NCBI GenBank assembly: GCA_913050095.1 | Contig: CAJXAV010000004.1 | Span: forward strand, 1 to 61,599 | DNA length: 61,599 nucleotides | DNA from: an uncultured Gammaproteobacteria bacterium | GTDB lineage: Bacteria; Pseudomonadota; Gammaproteobacteria; Poriferisulfidales; GCA-002705445 | Direction: 5' to 3' | Shown here: piece by piece, positions 31,910 to 41,587 of the stretch | How positions within the stretch are numbered: position 1 is the first letter of the stretch | Layout of the letters: every line of letters begins with the position of its first letter | The notes under the pieces: model-generated | The model's database searches: none | What the model was told of the DNA's origin: nothing | The model's input: only the letters and a program-made list of their open reading frames with translations | Made by a program: the position numbers and the translations under genes

Positions 31910-33674
31910 TTATTTTAAACAATTAAAAAAAATAGACTATATAAAATTCTTTTTTTTAATACTTGTAAGTATCATTTTAATTAGATGCATCAATTTGCAG
32001 TTTACAGAGAATATAAAATATGTCAGTGAAATACAAAAAAGAGAAATTAGAAAAGTTACTATTAAAGCAAATAGAGGTGTAATAGTAGATAGAAATAAAA
32101 ATATTTTAGCAGATAGTATTTTATTAGATACATTAGAAGTTAACAATCCGAAAATTTTTTTAAATGAAAACGATAAAGAAAATATTCAAAAACTTTGTGG
32201 AATAATAAATAAAAAATGCCCTTCGTTGCTAAATAGTATTAAAAGAAAACAGAAAAAAAAATCTATTTATATCAAAAGACAGATTTCATCACTTAATCAA
32301 ATAAATGAAATAAAAAAATTAAAGTTAAAAGGAGTAGCCTTCAGAAAAGAACCTCAAAGATTTTATCCAGAGGGAGAAACTTTTGCTTCATTAATCGGTA
32401 AAACAAATATTGATCATATTGGTGGTATGGGTCTTGAGTTATCTTTCGAGACTCATTTAAAAGAAAGTGATGGGCAAAAAATTGTCAGGCAAGATAAAAA
32501 TACAAAATATATTGAAGACATAAGTCTTGTTAGCGAACCTAAAAATGGAAAGGATTTAGAATTAACAATAGATAAAAGGCTACAATATGTTGCATTTAGA
32601 GAATTAAAAAAACAAATTAATTTTATCAATGCAAAATCAGGATCTGTAGTAATTTTAGATACAACTAATGGTGATATATTAGCAGCAGCAAGTTATCCAT
32701 CATATGATCCTAATGATAGGAATTCTTACACAAAGAGCGCTGAGAGAAATAGAGCGATTGTTGATTCACTTGAACCCGCATCAACAATTAAACCATTCTT
32801 AGTTGCAGCAGCACTTCATTCAGGAAAAGTTAATTTAGGAGATATTTTTGATACGTCCCCAGGGTATATAAAGTTTGGTAAAAAGATATACAGGGACAAT
32901 TATAAAAATCATGGACCCCTAACTCTAGAGGGAATAATTTTAAAATCAAGTAATGTTGGTAGTATTTTAATTTCAAATCAATTTGATAAAAAAATATACC
33001 ACGAGCTTTTAGAGTATGTAGGTATTGGCGAAATGGTGAATATAAATTTTCCTTCAGAAATTCAAGGTGAGTTAAATCATCATACTGAATGGCAAGACAG
33101 TGATTTACGGTCACATGCCTTAGGGTATGCTTTAAAAGTAACTCCTTTGCAGTTAGCAAAAGCATACAGCGTAATAGCAAATGAGGGTATTGTTATACAT
33201 CCTAGGATTTTAAAAAATATTTCTATTCAAAAAAATAAAGATCAAAAATATAAAACTAGTTTTATTAAAATAAAAGAAATATTAAAAAAGAATGTTGAGA
33301 GCGGAACTGGCTATAATGCTGCAGTAAAAGGTTATAGTGTTGGAGGCAAAACTGGAACAGCTGAGCTATATACAGGTAACAAAAATGAAAAATATGATAA
33401 TAAAGAACACATATCATTATTTGCAGGCATAACCCCAATAACAAATCCAAAATTAGTAATTGTTGTTGTTATTAGTGAGCCAAAAACGAAAGCAAGGCAG
33501 TTTTTTGGAAGCAAAGTTTCAGCTCCGGTATTTAGTAAAATAGCGACTGACTCTTTAAGAATTTTAAATATTAGTCCAGATAATATTAAAGATTATCAAA
33601 ATCAAGTTTCAGCTGAAATTGAAAATACAGAAATATACACTTTAAAAACCCCGGAGGTCCATTATGTCTTTTGA
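31902..33674 (+). CDS. ftsI: Peptidoglycan D,D-transpeptidase FtsI (PBP3)
   Basis: 590 aa with an N-terminal TM and the motifs SxxK (ASTIKP), SxN (KSSNVG) and KTG (GKTGTA). Confidence 0.9.
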   Translation: MINYFKQLKKIDYIKFFFLILVSIILIRCINLQFTENIKYVSEIQKREIRKVTIKANRGVIVDRNKNILADSILLDTLEVNNPKIFLNENDKENIQKLCGIINKKCPSLLNSIKRKQKKKSIYIKRQISSLNQINEIKKLKLKGVAFRKEPQRFYPEGETFASLIGKTNIDHIGGMGLELSFETHLKESDGQKIVRQDKNTKYIEDISLVSEPKNGKDLELTIDKRLQYVAFRELKKQINFINAKSGSVVILDTTNGDILAAASYPSYDPNDRNSYTKSAERNRAIVDSLEPASTIKPFLVAAALHSGKVNLGDIFDTSPGYIKFGKKIYRDNYKNHGPLTLEGIILKSSNVGSILISNQFDKKIYHELLEYVGIGEMVNINFPSEIQGELNHHTEWQDSDLRSHALGYALKVTPLQLAKAYSVIANEGIVIHPRILKNISIQKNKDQKYKTSFIKIKEILKKNVESGTGYNAAVKGYSVGGKTGTAELYTGNKNEKYDNKEHISLFAGITPITNPKLVIVVVISEPKTKARQFFGSKVSAPVFSKIATDSLRILNISPDNIKDYQNQVSAEIENTEIYTLKTPEVHYVF

Positions 33675-34971
33675 ATTAATTGATACTAGAGAGCAGCAAG
33701 CTGATATAAAAGTTGTTGGTGTTGGAGGATGTGGAAATAATGCCATTGAATATATGATTAAAAATAAAGTAGGTGGAGTTGATTTCATTTGTGTCAATAC
33801 TGATGCGCAGGATTTAAAAAATAATCCTGTTAACGATAATCGAAAATGTAACATTGGACATAATATTACAAGAGGTTTAGGAGCAGGCGCAAATCCTGAA
33901 ATCGGAAGGCAAGCAGCTGTTGAAGATAGAGATAAGTTGAAAGAAGCAATTGAAAACTGTGATATGTTATTTATTACCGCAGGAATGGGAGGCGGAACAG
34001 GAACAGGAGCATCTCCAGTAATAGCAGAATTAGCAAAAGAATTAGGTATTCTTACAGTCGCTGTTGTAACTAAGCCCTGGAAATATGAAAAGAAAAAGAG
34101 AATGAAAAATGCTGAAATTGGTATAGAAGATTTAAGATCTAAAGTAGATTCATTAATCATTATTCCTAATGATAAATTATGTGCAGACAAAGATATGCCT
34201 TTATCAGAAGCTAAGAACCAATCAAATGCAGTATTAGAAAGAGCAGTAGGTGGCATTGCAGAATTAATAACAAAACCTGGCGAGATAAACTTAGATTTTG
34301 CAGATGTAAAAAGTGTAATGTCAAATGCAGGTTCAACAATGATGGGAAGCGGTATTGGTGAAGGAATAGATCGAGCAGAGGATGCTATCAGGCAAGCTAT
34401 CGCAAGCCCATTATTAGAAGATGTAAATGTTCAAGATGCAAAAGGTTTGTTAATAAACATAACTTCAGATGGTAGTTTAACGAATGGTGAATTTGAGGCC
34501 ATAGGCGAACATATTGGTAGTTTGGTAGACGAAGAAGAAGCCGATGTTATTGTAGGTACAACAATTGATGAGTCATTGGAAGATAGAATTAAGGTTACAG
34601 TTGTGGCAACAGGTATGAATAATACCCAAACACTAAAAACACAAGAAAATATTAATGAAAAAATAGTTGACATAAAATTAGATCCAGTAATTAGTAATAA
34701 AGAAATTATTTCCGAACAAGAACCTGAAATATTGGTGAATAATTTTGAAGATGAAATAATTAACCAAGAGGAAAATTATATAAGTGAGGATGCATATCCA
34801 AATTACGCAAAACAAGATCAATATGATTCTTATGAAAAGAATGAGGAAAATATTGAAAAGAAAGAAAAAATAAAAATAGAAAAAAATATAGAGTACAAAA
34901 AAAATAGCAATGGTGAATTAGATTTAGATTTTCTAGACATACCAGCATTTTTAAGAAAGCAAGCAGATTAA
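33664..34971 (+). CDS. ftsZ: Cell division GTPase FtsZ
   Basis: 435 aa. T1 loop GVGGCGNNA, tubulin signature AGMGGGTGTGASPV, T7 NLDFADV, and C-terminal peptide DLDFLDIPAFLRKQAD. Strong GGAGG RBS. The start overlaps the ftsI stop by 11 nt. Confidence 0.95.
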   Translation: MSFELIDTREQQADIKVVGVGGCGNNAIEYMIKNKVGGVDFICVNTDAQDLKNNPVNDNRKCNIGHNITRGLGAGANPEIGRQAAVEDRDKLKEAIENCDMLFITAGMGGGTGTGASPVIAELAKELGILTVAVVTKPWKYEKKKRMKNAEIGIEDLRSKVDSLIIIPNDKLCADKDMPLSEAKNQSNAVLERAVGGIAELITKPGEINLDFADVKSVMSNAGSTMMGSGIGEGIDRAEDAIRQAIASPLLEDVNVQDAKGLLINITSDGSLTNGEFEAIGEHIGSLVDEEEADVIVGTTIDESLEDRIKVTVVATGMNNTQTLKTQENINEKIVDIKLDPVISNKEIISEQEPEILVNNFEDEIINQEENYISEDAYPNYAKQDQYDSYEKNEENIEKKEKIKIEKNIEYKKNSNGELDLDFLDIPAFLRKQAD

Positions 34972-34987
34972 ATTAAAGGAGTTATAT

Positions 34988-35122
34988 ATGAAAAAAATTA
35001 TGTATTATGGAATAATATTTATAGGATTTACTCTATTGGTTGGTTGTAACACATTCGATGGAATAGGTAGGGATATATCAGCAGCAGCCGAATGGGTTAG
35101 CGGATCTGTGAATGATGAGTAA
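34988..35122 (+). CDS. Entericidin (EcnA/B)-family small lipoprotein, 44 aa (absent from the ORF track)
   Basis: My own translation gives MKKIMYYGIIFIGFTLLVGCNTFDGIGRDISAAAEWVSGSVNDE. It has the lipobox LLVGC followed by NT..G.G.DI, as in entericidins. AAGGAG RBS lies 6 nt upstream. It fills the ftsZ-murE spacer. Confidence 0.55.
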   Translation: MKKIMYYGIIFIGFTLLVGCNTFDGIGRDISAAAEWVSGSVNDE

Positions 35123-35136
35123 ATTTTGAAAGATAA

Positions 35137-36594
35137 ATGAAATTACAAGATCTTATTAATAGTAAGATATTTTTGCATAGCAAAATAAATATATCTGGGC
35201 TTAGTGAAAATAGTAAAGAAATAAAAAAAAATTATATTTTTTTTTTAAAAGACACTTTAAAAACAAAAGAATCTTATATCAAAGAAGCAATACAAAAAGG
35301 CGCAAGCTTAATTATTTATTGTAAAAATAATCATATAGATATAAATAAATATAATGATTCATGTTTATTTTATAAGGTAAATAATATAAATGAATCAATG
35401 TCTAATCTAGCAAGAAAATTTTATAAAATAAAAAAATTAGATGCAAAGATTATAGGAATAACAGGTACAAATGGAAAAACATCAGTATCTGATTTCATAG
35501 GACAACTCAAAAAAATAAAAAAAGAAAAATGCGGAATAATTGGTACATCTGGAAGCGGTATATATCCAAATCTAAAAAATAAAGAATTAACTACTCCAAA
35601 TATAATTAATATAAATAAGAACATACGAAGTTTCATAAATAAAGATGCTGAAACTATTACAATGGAGGTTTCTTCGCACGGTATAGATCAAAATAGAATA
35701 AGAGGAGTAGAATTTGACACTGTAGTATTTACAAATTTAAGTCAAGATCATCTTGATTATCATAAAACAATGAGCTCCTACTTCAATGTAAAAGTTAAAT
35801 TATTTACAGAGTACAAAAGTAAGAAAAAAATAATTTGCATTGACGGAACTTATGGTAAAAAAATCTATAACATATTAAAAAAAGAAAATAATTTGTTAAC
35901 TGTATCAATAAATAATAATAAAGCTGATTATTACGCTTCTGATATTAATTTTTTAGATTCAGGAATAAATTTTAATATAAACTCAAAATACGGTAAAAGA
36001 AAAATTTCTACAAAATTATATGGAAAATTTTCAATAATAAATCTACTAATATCTATTGCAACAGTAGCCTCAAACAAAAAAGAATACAATTTATTAATAG
36101 ACAATATTGGTAAAATTAAACATGTTAATGGTAGAATGAATAAATATAACTCAAAAGGAAGACCTATAACATTCATAGATTTTGCTCATACACCAGAAGC
36201 AATTAATGAAGTTCTAATTTCCACAAAAAAACATTTTATAAATAAAAAAATTATTACTGTATTTGGTTGCGGGGGTAATAGAGATAGCCTGAAAAGAAAA
36301 TTAATGGGAAAAGTTGTTTCAAATAATTCTGATAAAATCATTATAACAAATGATAACCCAAGAAATGAAGAACCAAAAATGATAGTAAATGATATAATCT
36401 CCGGATTTAAAGACCTCACAAAATACAAAATTATATTTGACAGAAAAAAAGCAATAAAGAAAGCTCTTGAACTAAAAAACTCAGAAAATATAGTTTTAAT
36501 TTTAGGAAAGGGGAATGAGGAATTTCAAATCGTTAAAAATAAGAAAATTCTACATAGCGATGATAAGGTAGTTAAAAAAATATTAAAATTATGA
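35137..36594 (+). CDS. murE: UDP-MurNAc-L-Ala-D-Glu:meso-DAP ligase
   Basis: 485 aa Mur ligase (GITGTNGKTS, DNPR motif TNDNPRNEEP). Confidence 0.9.
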   Translation: MKLQDLINSKIFLHSKINISGLSENSKEIKKNYIFFLKDTLKTKESYIKEAIQKGASLIIYCKNNHIDINKYNDSCLFYKVNNINESMSNLARKFYKIKKLDAKIIGITGTNGKTSVSDFIGQLKKIKKEKCGIIGTSGSGIYPNLKNKELTTPNIININKNIRSFINKDAETITMEVSSHGIDQNRIRGVEFDTVVFTNLSQDHLDYHKTMSSYFNVKVKLFTEYKSKKKIICIDGTYGKKIYNILKKENNLLTVSINNNKADYYASDINFLDSGINFNINSKYGKRKISTKLYGKFSIINLLISIATVASNKKEYNLLIDNIGKIKHVNGRMNKYNSKGRPITFIDFAHTPEAINEVLISTKKHFINKKIITVFGCGGNRDSLKRKLMGKVVSNNSDKIIITNDNPRNEEPKMIVNDIISGFKDLTKYKIIFDRKKAIKKALELKNSENIVLILGKGNEEFQIVKNKKILHSDDKVVKKILKL

Positions 36595-37970
36595 AAAAAT
36601 ATTCATTATCAAAAATCGCAGAACATTTAAATGGAAAATTATTTGGAAAAGATCAATTAGTTTCAAATTTTTCAATAGATTCAAGAACAATAAAGAAAGA
36701 TGACGTATTTATTTGTATTAAAGGTAAAGTTTACGACGGACATGATTTTATCCAAGATGTTATTCAAAACTCTTCATGCATCATAACTTCAAAAAATATA
36801 GAAAATATAAATTTAAAAACAAATTCATATATAAAGGTCGAAAATACAATTGAGGCCTTACATAATTTAAGTAAGTATATTAGAAGCAAAAGTAATGCAA
36901 AATTTATTGCAATTACTGGTTCAAACGGCAAAACTACAGTTAAAGAAATGGTCGCTCATATATTATCAGATTTCAAAATATGTTACACAAAAGGAAATCT
37001 AAATAATAATATTGGTGTACCTTTAACAATTTTTTCAATTAACCAAGATGAAGATTTTGTAATTATTGAAATTGGCTCAAATCACATGGGCGAAATCGAA
37101 CCACTAGCAAAAATTGTTAAGCCAGATGTAGCAGCTGTAACAAATATTGGCTTTGCGCATATTGAAGGCTTCAAAAACTTAGAAAATACAGCAAAAGAAA
37201 AATTTAGTTTATTTAAACAGCTAAATAAAGATGGTGTTTCAGTGATTAATTCTTCAGACAACTATGATAATAATTTTAAAAAGGGCAATAAATTATATTT
37301 TGGAAAAGAATATGGCTTTATAAAAAAATTTATGAATAAAATTAAAAATTTTCCATATAAGACAAGTTTTTTAAAGGTTAATAGATGTGAAGAAAATTTT
37401 TATAAATTTTCTATAAATAACAAGGATATCGATTTAAAATTAGCAATTAATGGTGAGCACAATTATTATAATGCTGGATGCGCTATGTCTATTTGTCTAA
37501 GCCTAGGGATTGAAATAGAACATATAGTAAAAAAATTAGAAAATTTTCAGGAAGTATCATCAAGATTAAATTTATATAAATTAGAAAAAAATATAAAATT
37601 AATTGATGATTGTTATAATGCAAATCCTAACTCTTTTGAAGCGGCAATCACATATTTGTCAAGCTTTGATGAAAATAAATTGGTTTTGATGGGTGATATG
37701 GTAGAGTTAGGAAAAGATACAAAAACTTTTCATGCAGAGATAGGCATGTTTGCAAAAAAAAGAGGAATTAATAAATTTTTAAGTATTGGTGTAAATAGTA
37801 AATTTGCTTCAGATGTATTTGGTTTAAATGGTTATCATTTTGAAAATGCAGAAAGTTTAAAATCATATTTGAATAATAACCTAGAGTCTTCTTCAGTAAT
37901 ACTTATTAAAGGTTCAAGATCAGCTAAACTAGAAGAATATGTGGAATTTTTAAAAACTAGGAGTTTGTAA
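36591..37970 (+). CDS. murF: UDP-MurNAc-tripeptide:D-Ala-D-Ala ligase
   Basis: 459 aa Mur ligase (ITGSNGKTT, DDCYNANP). ATGA overlap with murE. Confidence 0.9.
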   Translation: MKKYSLSKIAEHLNGKLFGKDQLVSNFSIDSRTIKKDDVFICIKGKVYDGHDFIQDVIQNSSCIITSKNIENINLKTNSYIKVENTIEALHNLSKYIRSKSNAKFIAITGSNGKTTVKEMVAHILSDFKICYTKGNLNNNIGVPLTIFSINQDEDFVIIEIGSNHMGEIEPLAKIVKPDVAAVTNIGFAHIEGFKNLENTAKEKFSLFKQLNKDGVSVINSSDNYDNNFKKGNKLYFGKEYGFIKKFMNKIKNFPYKTSFLKVNRCEENFYKFSINNKDIDLKLAINGEHNYYNAGCAMSICLSLGIEIEHIVKKLENFQEVSSRLNLYKLEKNIKLIDDCYNANPNSFEAAITYLSSFDENKLVLMGDMVELGKDTKTFHAEIGMFAKKRGINKFLSIGVNSKFASDVFGLNGYHFENAESLKSYLNNNLESSSVILIKGSRSAKLEEYVEFLKTRSL

Positions 37971-37971
37971 G

Positions 37972-39051
37972 ATGTTTCTGTATTTATTAGATTTTCTTAG
38001 TGACATTAACCAAAACTTTATGGTTTTGGAATATATTACATTAAGATCAATTTTAAGTATTATAACGGCTTTATCAATTTCTCTTTTTTTAGGTCCATTT
38101 ATAATTAATAAATTTCAAATTAATAATCTATCAGAAGTTATAAGAGAAGACGGACCTAGCTCGCACATGAATAAATCAGGAACACCAACTATGGGTGGTT
38201 TATTAATTTTATCGTCATTATTAATTTCAACATTAATTTGGTCAGATTTAGAAAATAAATATATCCTATATTTAATTTCCACAACCATAGTTTTTGCAAT
38301 AATCGGCTTTATTGACGATTACGAAAAGTTAACAAAAAATAAAAATGGTATGTCTGCAAAAACAAAAATTATTCTACAATTACTTGCTGCAGGCATTATA
38401 TCCTTCATCATGTTCAAGTTTATAGAAAGTCCACAAGAACAACAATTTATTATTCCATTCTTTAAAGACATAGTAATTGACCTAGGAATCTTTTTTATTC
38501 CTTTTGTCATGTTGGTAATAGTTTCTACAAGTAACGCAGTAAATTTAACAGATGGGTTAGATGGGTTAGCAATTATGCCAATTGTTTTAGTAAGTGGTGC
38601 TTTAGGAATATTTGCTTATCTAAGTGGGAATATAAATTTTTCTGAATATCTTTTAATACCATATATAAAGGATGCTGGAGAGATTACAATTTTTATAGGC
38701 GCTATAGTTGGCTCTGGCCTTGGATTCTTATGGTTTAACACCTACCCTGCTCAAGTATTCATGGGTGATGTCGGAGCATTATCATTAGGTGCTGCAATTG
38801 GTCTGATGGCTGTTATCGTAAGACAAGAAATAGTATTAATAATAATGGGAGGTATTTTTGTGATAGAAGCACTCTCGGTAATTATTCAGGTATTGTCATT
38901 CAAATATAGAAAAAAAAGAGTATTTTTGATGGCGCCATTTCATCATCACTTTGAGCAAAAAGGATGGGCAGAACCAAAAATAGTAGTAAGATTTTGGATT
39001 ATAAGTTTCATTCTTATTTTAATAGGTTTGGCAACAATAAAATTGAGATAA
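37972..39051 (+). CDS. mraY: Phospho-N-acetylmuramoyl-pentapeptide transferase
   Basis: 359 aa, 10-TM. Motifs: GTPTMGG, NAVNLTDGLDGLA, FMGDVGALSLG, APFHHHFE. Confidence 0.95.
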   Translation: MFLYLLDFLSDINQNFMVLEYITLRSILSIITALSISLFLGPFIINKFQINNLSEVIREDGPSSHMNKSGTPTMGGLLILSSLLISTLIWSDLENKYILYLISTTIVFAIIGFIDDYEKLTKNKNGMSAKTKIILQLLAAGIISFIMFKFIESPQEQQFIIPFFKDIVIDLGIFFIPFVMLVIVSTSNAVNLTDGLDGLAIMPIVLVSGALGIFAYLSGNINFSEYLLIPYIKDAGEITIFIGAIVGSGLGFLWFNTYPAQVFMGDVGALSLGAAIGLMAVIVRQEIVLIIMGGIFVIEALSVIIQVLSFKYRKKRVFLMAPFHHHFEQKGWAEPKIVVRFWIISFILILIGLATIKLR

Positions 39052-39064
39052 AAAATTATAAGTT

Positions 39065-40414
39065 ATGATAAAAAGTAATTTACCATTAGCAATCATTGGA
39101 TTAGGAAAAACTGGAAAATCAATTGCTAAGTATTTAAATAAAATAAATTGTGATTTCATAGTATATGATACTAGAAAAGATTTAGAAATTACAAAAGAAA
39201 TAAAGAAAGAAATAAATGAAAATAAAATAATATTGGGTGAATTTAAAGAAGAATACATAGAAAATCACGATAACTTTATTGTAAGCCCTGGAATAAAATT
39301 AGAAAAAAATATTATAGAAAAAATTAAAATTTCAAAAAAAAATATTCAAACAGATATAGATATTTTTAATGGTAAAAAAAGAAAAAATGTTATCTGCATA
39401 ACTGGCACAAATGGAAAGACTACTGTAACACTTCTTATTGAGCATATATTAAAAAACTTAGGAAAGAAGGTAAAAGCAGGTGCAAACGTTGGTTTACCAG
39501 TATTAGAGTTATTAAGTGAAGATTATGAATATAATATTTTAGAGCTATCAAGTTTTCAATTAGAGATGACGAAAACAATTAATAGCAAAATTTCTTTAAT
39601 AACAAATATAACACCAGACCATTTAGATAGACACGAGAATTTTGAAAATTACGTAATATTAAAAAATAAAATATTTAATAATGCTGAAATCTCTATTTTC
39701 AATAGATTAGATAATAATATAAATTCTAAAGCTACAGAAGAAAGATATACTTTTGGTGCAGATGTAGGCCAAAGTCTTAATGATTTTGGTATCATTAAAG
39801 AAAATAATATTAATTATATTTCTCAAGGAAAAAAGAAAATAATAAGTGAAAATGATGTGCAGCTTATTGGCAAACATAATTTTATTAATATTTGTGCCGC
39901 TTTAGCTGTTATAAAAGCCTTAAAATTAGACGTGGAATTAGCAGCACAAACTATAAAAAAATTTGGTTGTGTAGAACATAGAATGGAAAACTTCTTAAAA
40001 AACGACAATATTTCATGGATAAATGATTCAAAATCTACAAATATAGACTCTACAATATCAGCTATAAAATCTCTTGATAAAAATATAGTACTTTTAATGG
40101 GCGGCAGATCAAAAACTAATGACTATAGCGAATTAGAAAAAGTTCTAAAAAATAAAGTAGATAAAATAATTTTTTTTGGTGAAAGCAAAAATTTTCTTAA
40201 AAATGCCTTGAAATCTGTTAAAGACATTTCAATTGCGAACAATATGGAACATGCTGTATGCGAAGCTATTAATTTTATAAATATAAAAAAAGAAAACTGT
40301 GAAGAAAATATGTATATTATATTATCGCCTGCATGCTCAAGTTATGATATGTATAAATCGTTTGAAGAAAGGGGTAAAAGTTTCAAAAATCATGCAATTA
40401 ATCAATACAAATGA
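39065..40414 (+). CDS. murD: UDP-MurNAc-L-Ala:D-Glu ligase
   Basis: 449 aa (GLGKTG Rossmann, ITGTNGKTT, NDSKSTN). Confidence 0.9.
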   Translation: MIKSNLPLAIIGLGKTGKSIAKYLNKINCDFIVYDTRKDLEITKEIKKEINENKIILGEFKEEYIENHDNFIVSPGIKLEKNIIEKIKISKKNIQTDIDIFNGKKRKNVICITGTNGKTTVTLLIEHILKNLGKKVKAGANVGLPVLELLSEDYEYNILELSSFQLEMTKTINSKISLITNITPDHLDRHENFENYVILKNKIFNNAEISIFNRLDNNINSKATEERYTFGADVGQSLNDFGIIKENNINYISQGKKKIISENDVQLIGKHNFINICAALAVIKALKLDVELAAQTIKKFGCVEHRMENFLKNDNISWINDSKSTNIDSTISAIKSLDKNIVLLMGGRSKTNDYSELEKVLKNKVDKIIFFGESKNFLKNALKSVKDISIANNMEHAVCEAINFINIKKENCEENMYIILSPACSSYDMYKSFEERGKSFKNHAINQYK

Positions 40415-40423
40415 ACAATTTAT

Positions 40424-41578
40424 ATGAATAATAAAAGAAATAATAATTTAAGTAATATTATTAAACCTTTTTTTGATTTAAATCTTTTTTTTATAATTCT
40501 AACAATAATTTTATTTGGGTTAATAACTTTAAGCACAGCATCTATTGAGCTTTCCACACAAGAACATAATTACCCTTTCCATTTTTTATTTCGTCAGGTA
40601 TGTTATCTTTTATTTAGTATATTTGTTTGTTCTTTTTTTATATATTTAAGCACATATAATATTAAAAAAAATTATAAAGTATTCTTCTATTTTTTTATTA
40701 CATTATTAATTATTGTTGTCATACCAAACATTGGAAATACAGTTGGTGGAAGTACTAGATGGCTAAGTTTCTATGGATTCAATCTACAACCATCAGAGTT
40801 TTATAAATTATTTTATATTGTTTGGCTATGTGCGTTTTTAGATTTTAATAGTAAAAATATAAAAAAACTTGAGATATTTGTTATACCTTTTTTTTGGTTT
40901 TTTATTAGCGCTGTACTTTTAATGTTACAACCAGATTTTGGTTCTACAGTTATTTTATTCTTCATGACTTTGATTATGCTTTTTCTAGCAAACGCAAGAT
41001 TTATTTATTTAGTAACTGTTGCATTTTTTGGTTTTATAGGAGGAGCAATAATTATTGCTAACTATGCTTACATTAGAAAAAGACTTGATTTTTTTGAACC
41101 TTGTCAGGATTACTTAGATGGAGGATATCAACTCTGTTATTCATTAATGGCTATTGGTAGTGGTGGTGTTTTTGGGAAAGGTTTAGGATCAAGTACATCA
41201 AAACTATTTTATTTGCCAGAGGCTCATACAGATTTTATCTTTGCTGTTCTCGCTGAGGAATTAGGTATTTTCGGAATACTTTTTATTATTTTATTATTCT
41301 ATCTTTTCCTTAGAAAATGCATATCAATTGGTAAAAAAGCTATGAGGGTTGGTTTAGTTTTTCAGGGTTATTTATCATACGCGATTGGTATATTTATAAC
41401 ATCTCAGGTTTTCTTTAACATGGCAGTTGTATTAGGTATTGCACCTACAAAAGGCTTAGCTCTTCCGTTTTTTAGTTATGGTGGAAGTAATTATTTAGTT
41501 TCATTATTATCTGTAACTATAATATTTAGAATATATAGAGATGTTTATAAGAAAAGTTTGAATAGCTCTATAAGATAG
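40424..41578 (+). CDS. ftsW: SEDS peptidoglycan glycosyltransferase FtsW
   Basis: 384 aa polytopic protein (QPSEFYKL, LPEAHTDFIFAVLAEELG, LPFFSYGGSN). Confidence 0.9.
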   Translation: MNNKRNNNLSNIIKPFFDLNLFFIILTIILFGLITLSTASIELSTQEHNYPFHFLFRQVCYLLFSIFVCSFFIYLSTYNIKKNYKVFFYFFITLLIIVVIPNIGNTVGGSTRWLSFYGFNLQPSEFYKLFYIVWLCAFLDFNSKNIKKLEIFVIPFFWFFISAVLLMLQPDFGSTVILFFMTLIMLFLANARFIYLVTVAFFGFIGGAIIIANYAYIRKRLDFFEPCQDYLDGGYQLCYSLMAIGSGGVFGKGLGSSTSKLFYLPEAHTDFIFAVLAEELGIFGILFIILLFYLFLRKCISIGKKAMRVGLVFQGYLSYAIGIFITSQVFFNMAVVLGIAPTKGLALPFFSYGGSNYLVSLLSVTIIFRIYRDVYKKSLNSSIR

Positions 41579-41587
41579 TTTTAACAT

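Noticed and set aside
33642-34256. 204-aa minus-strand ORF antisense to ftsZ. Similar long antisense ORFs lie at 7190-7594 (apbC), 17735-18100 (murA), 48061-48471 (lpxC), 13387-13887 (kdsD) and 22775-23068 (petA).
   Set aside because: All sit opposite strongly conserved, relatively GC-richer genes, where stop codons are depleted on the antisense strand. Their translations are low-complexity, with no recognisable motifs or RBS.
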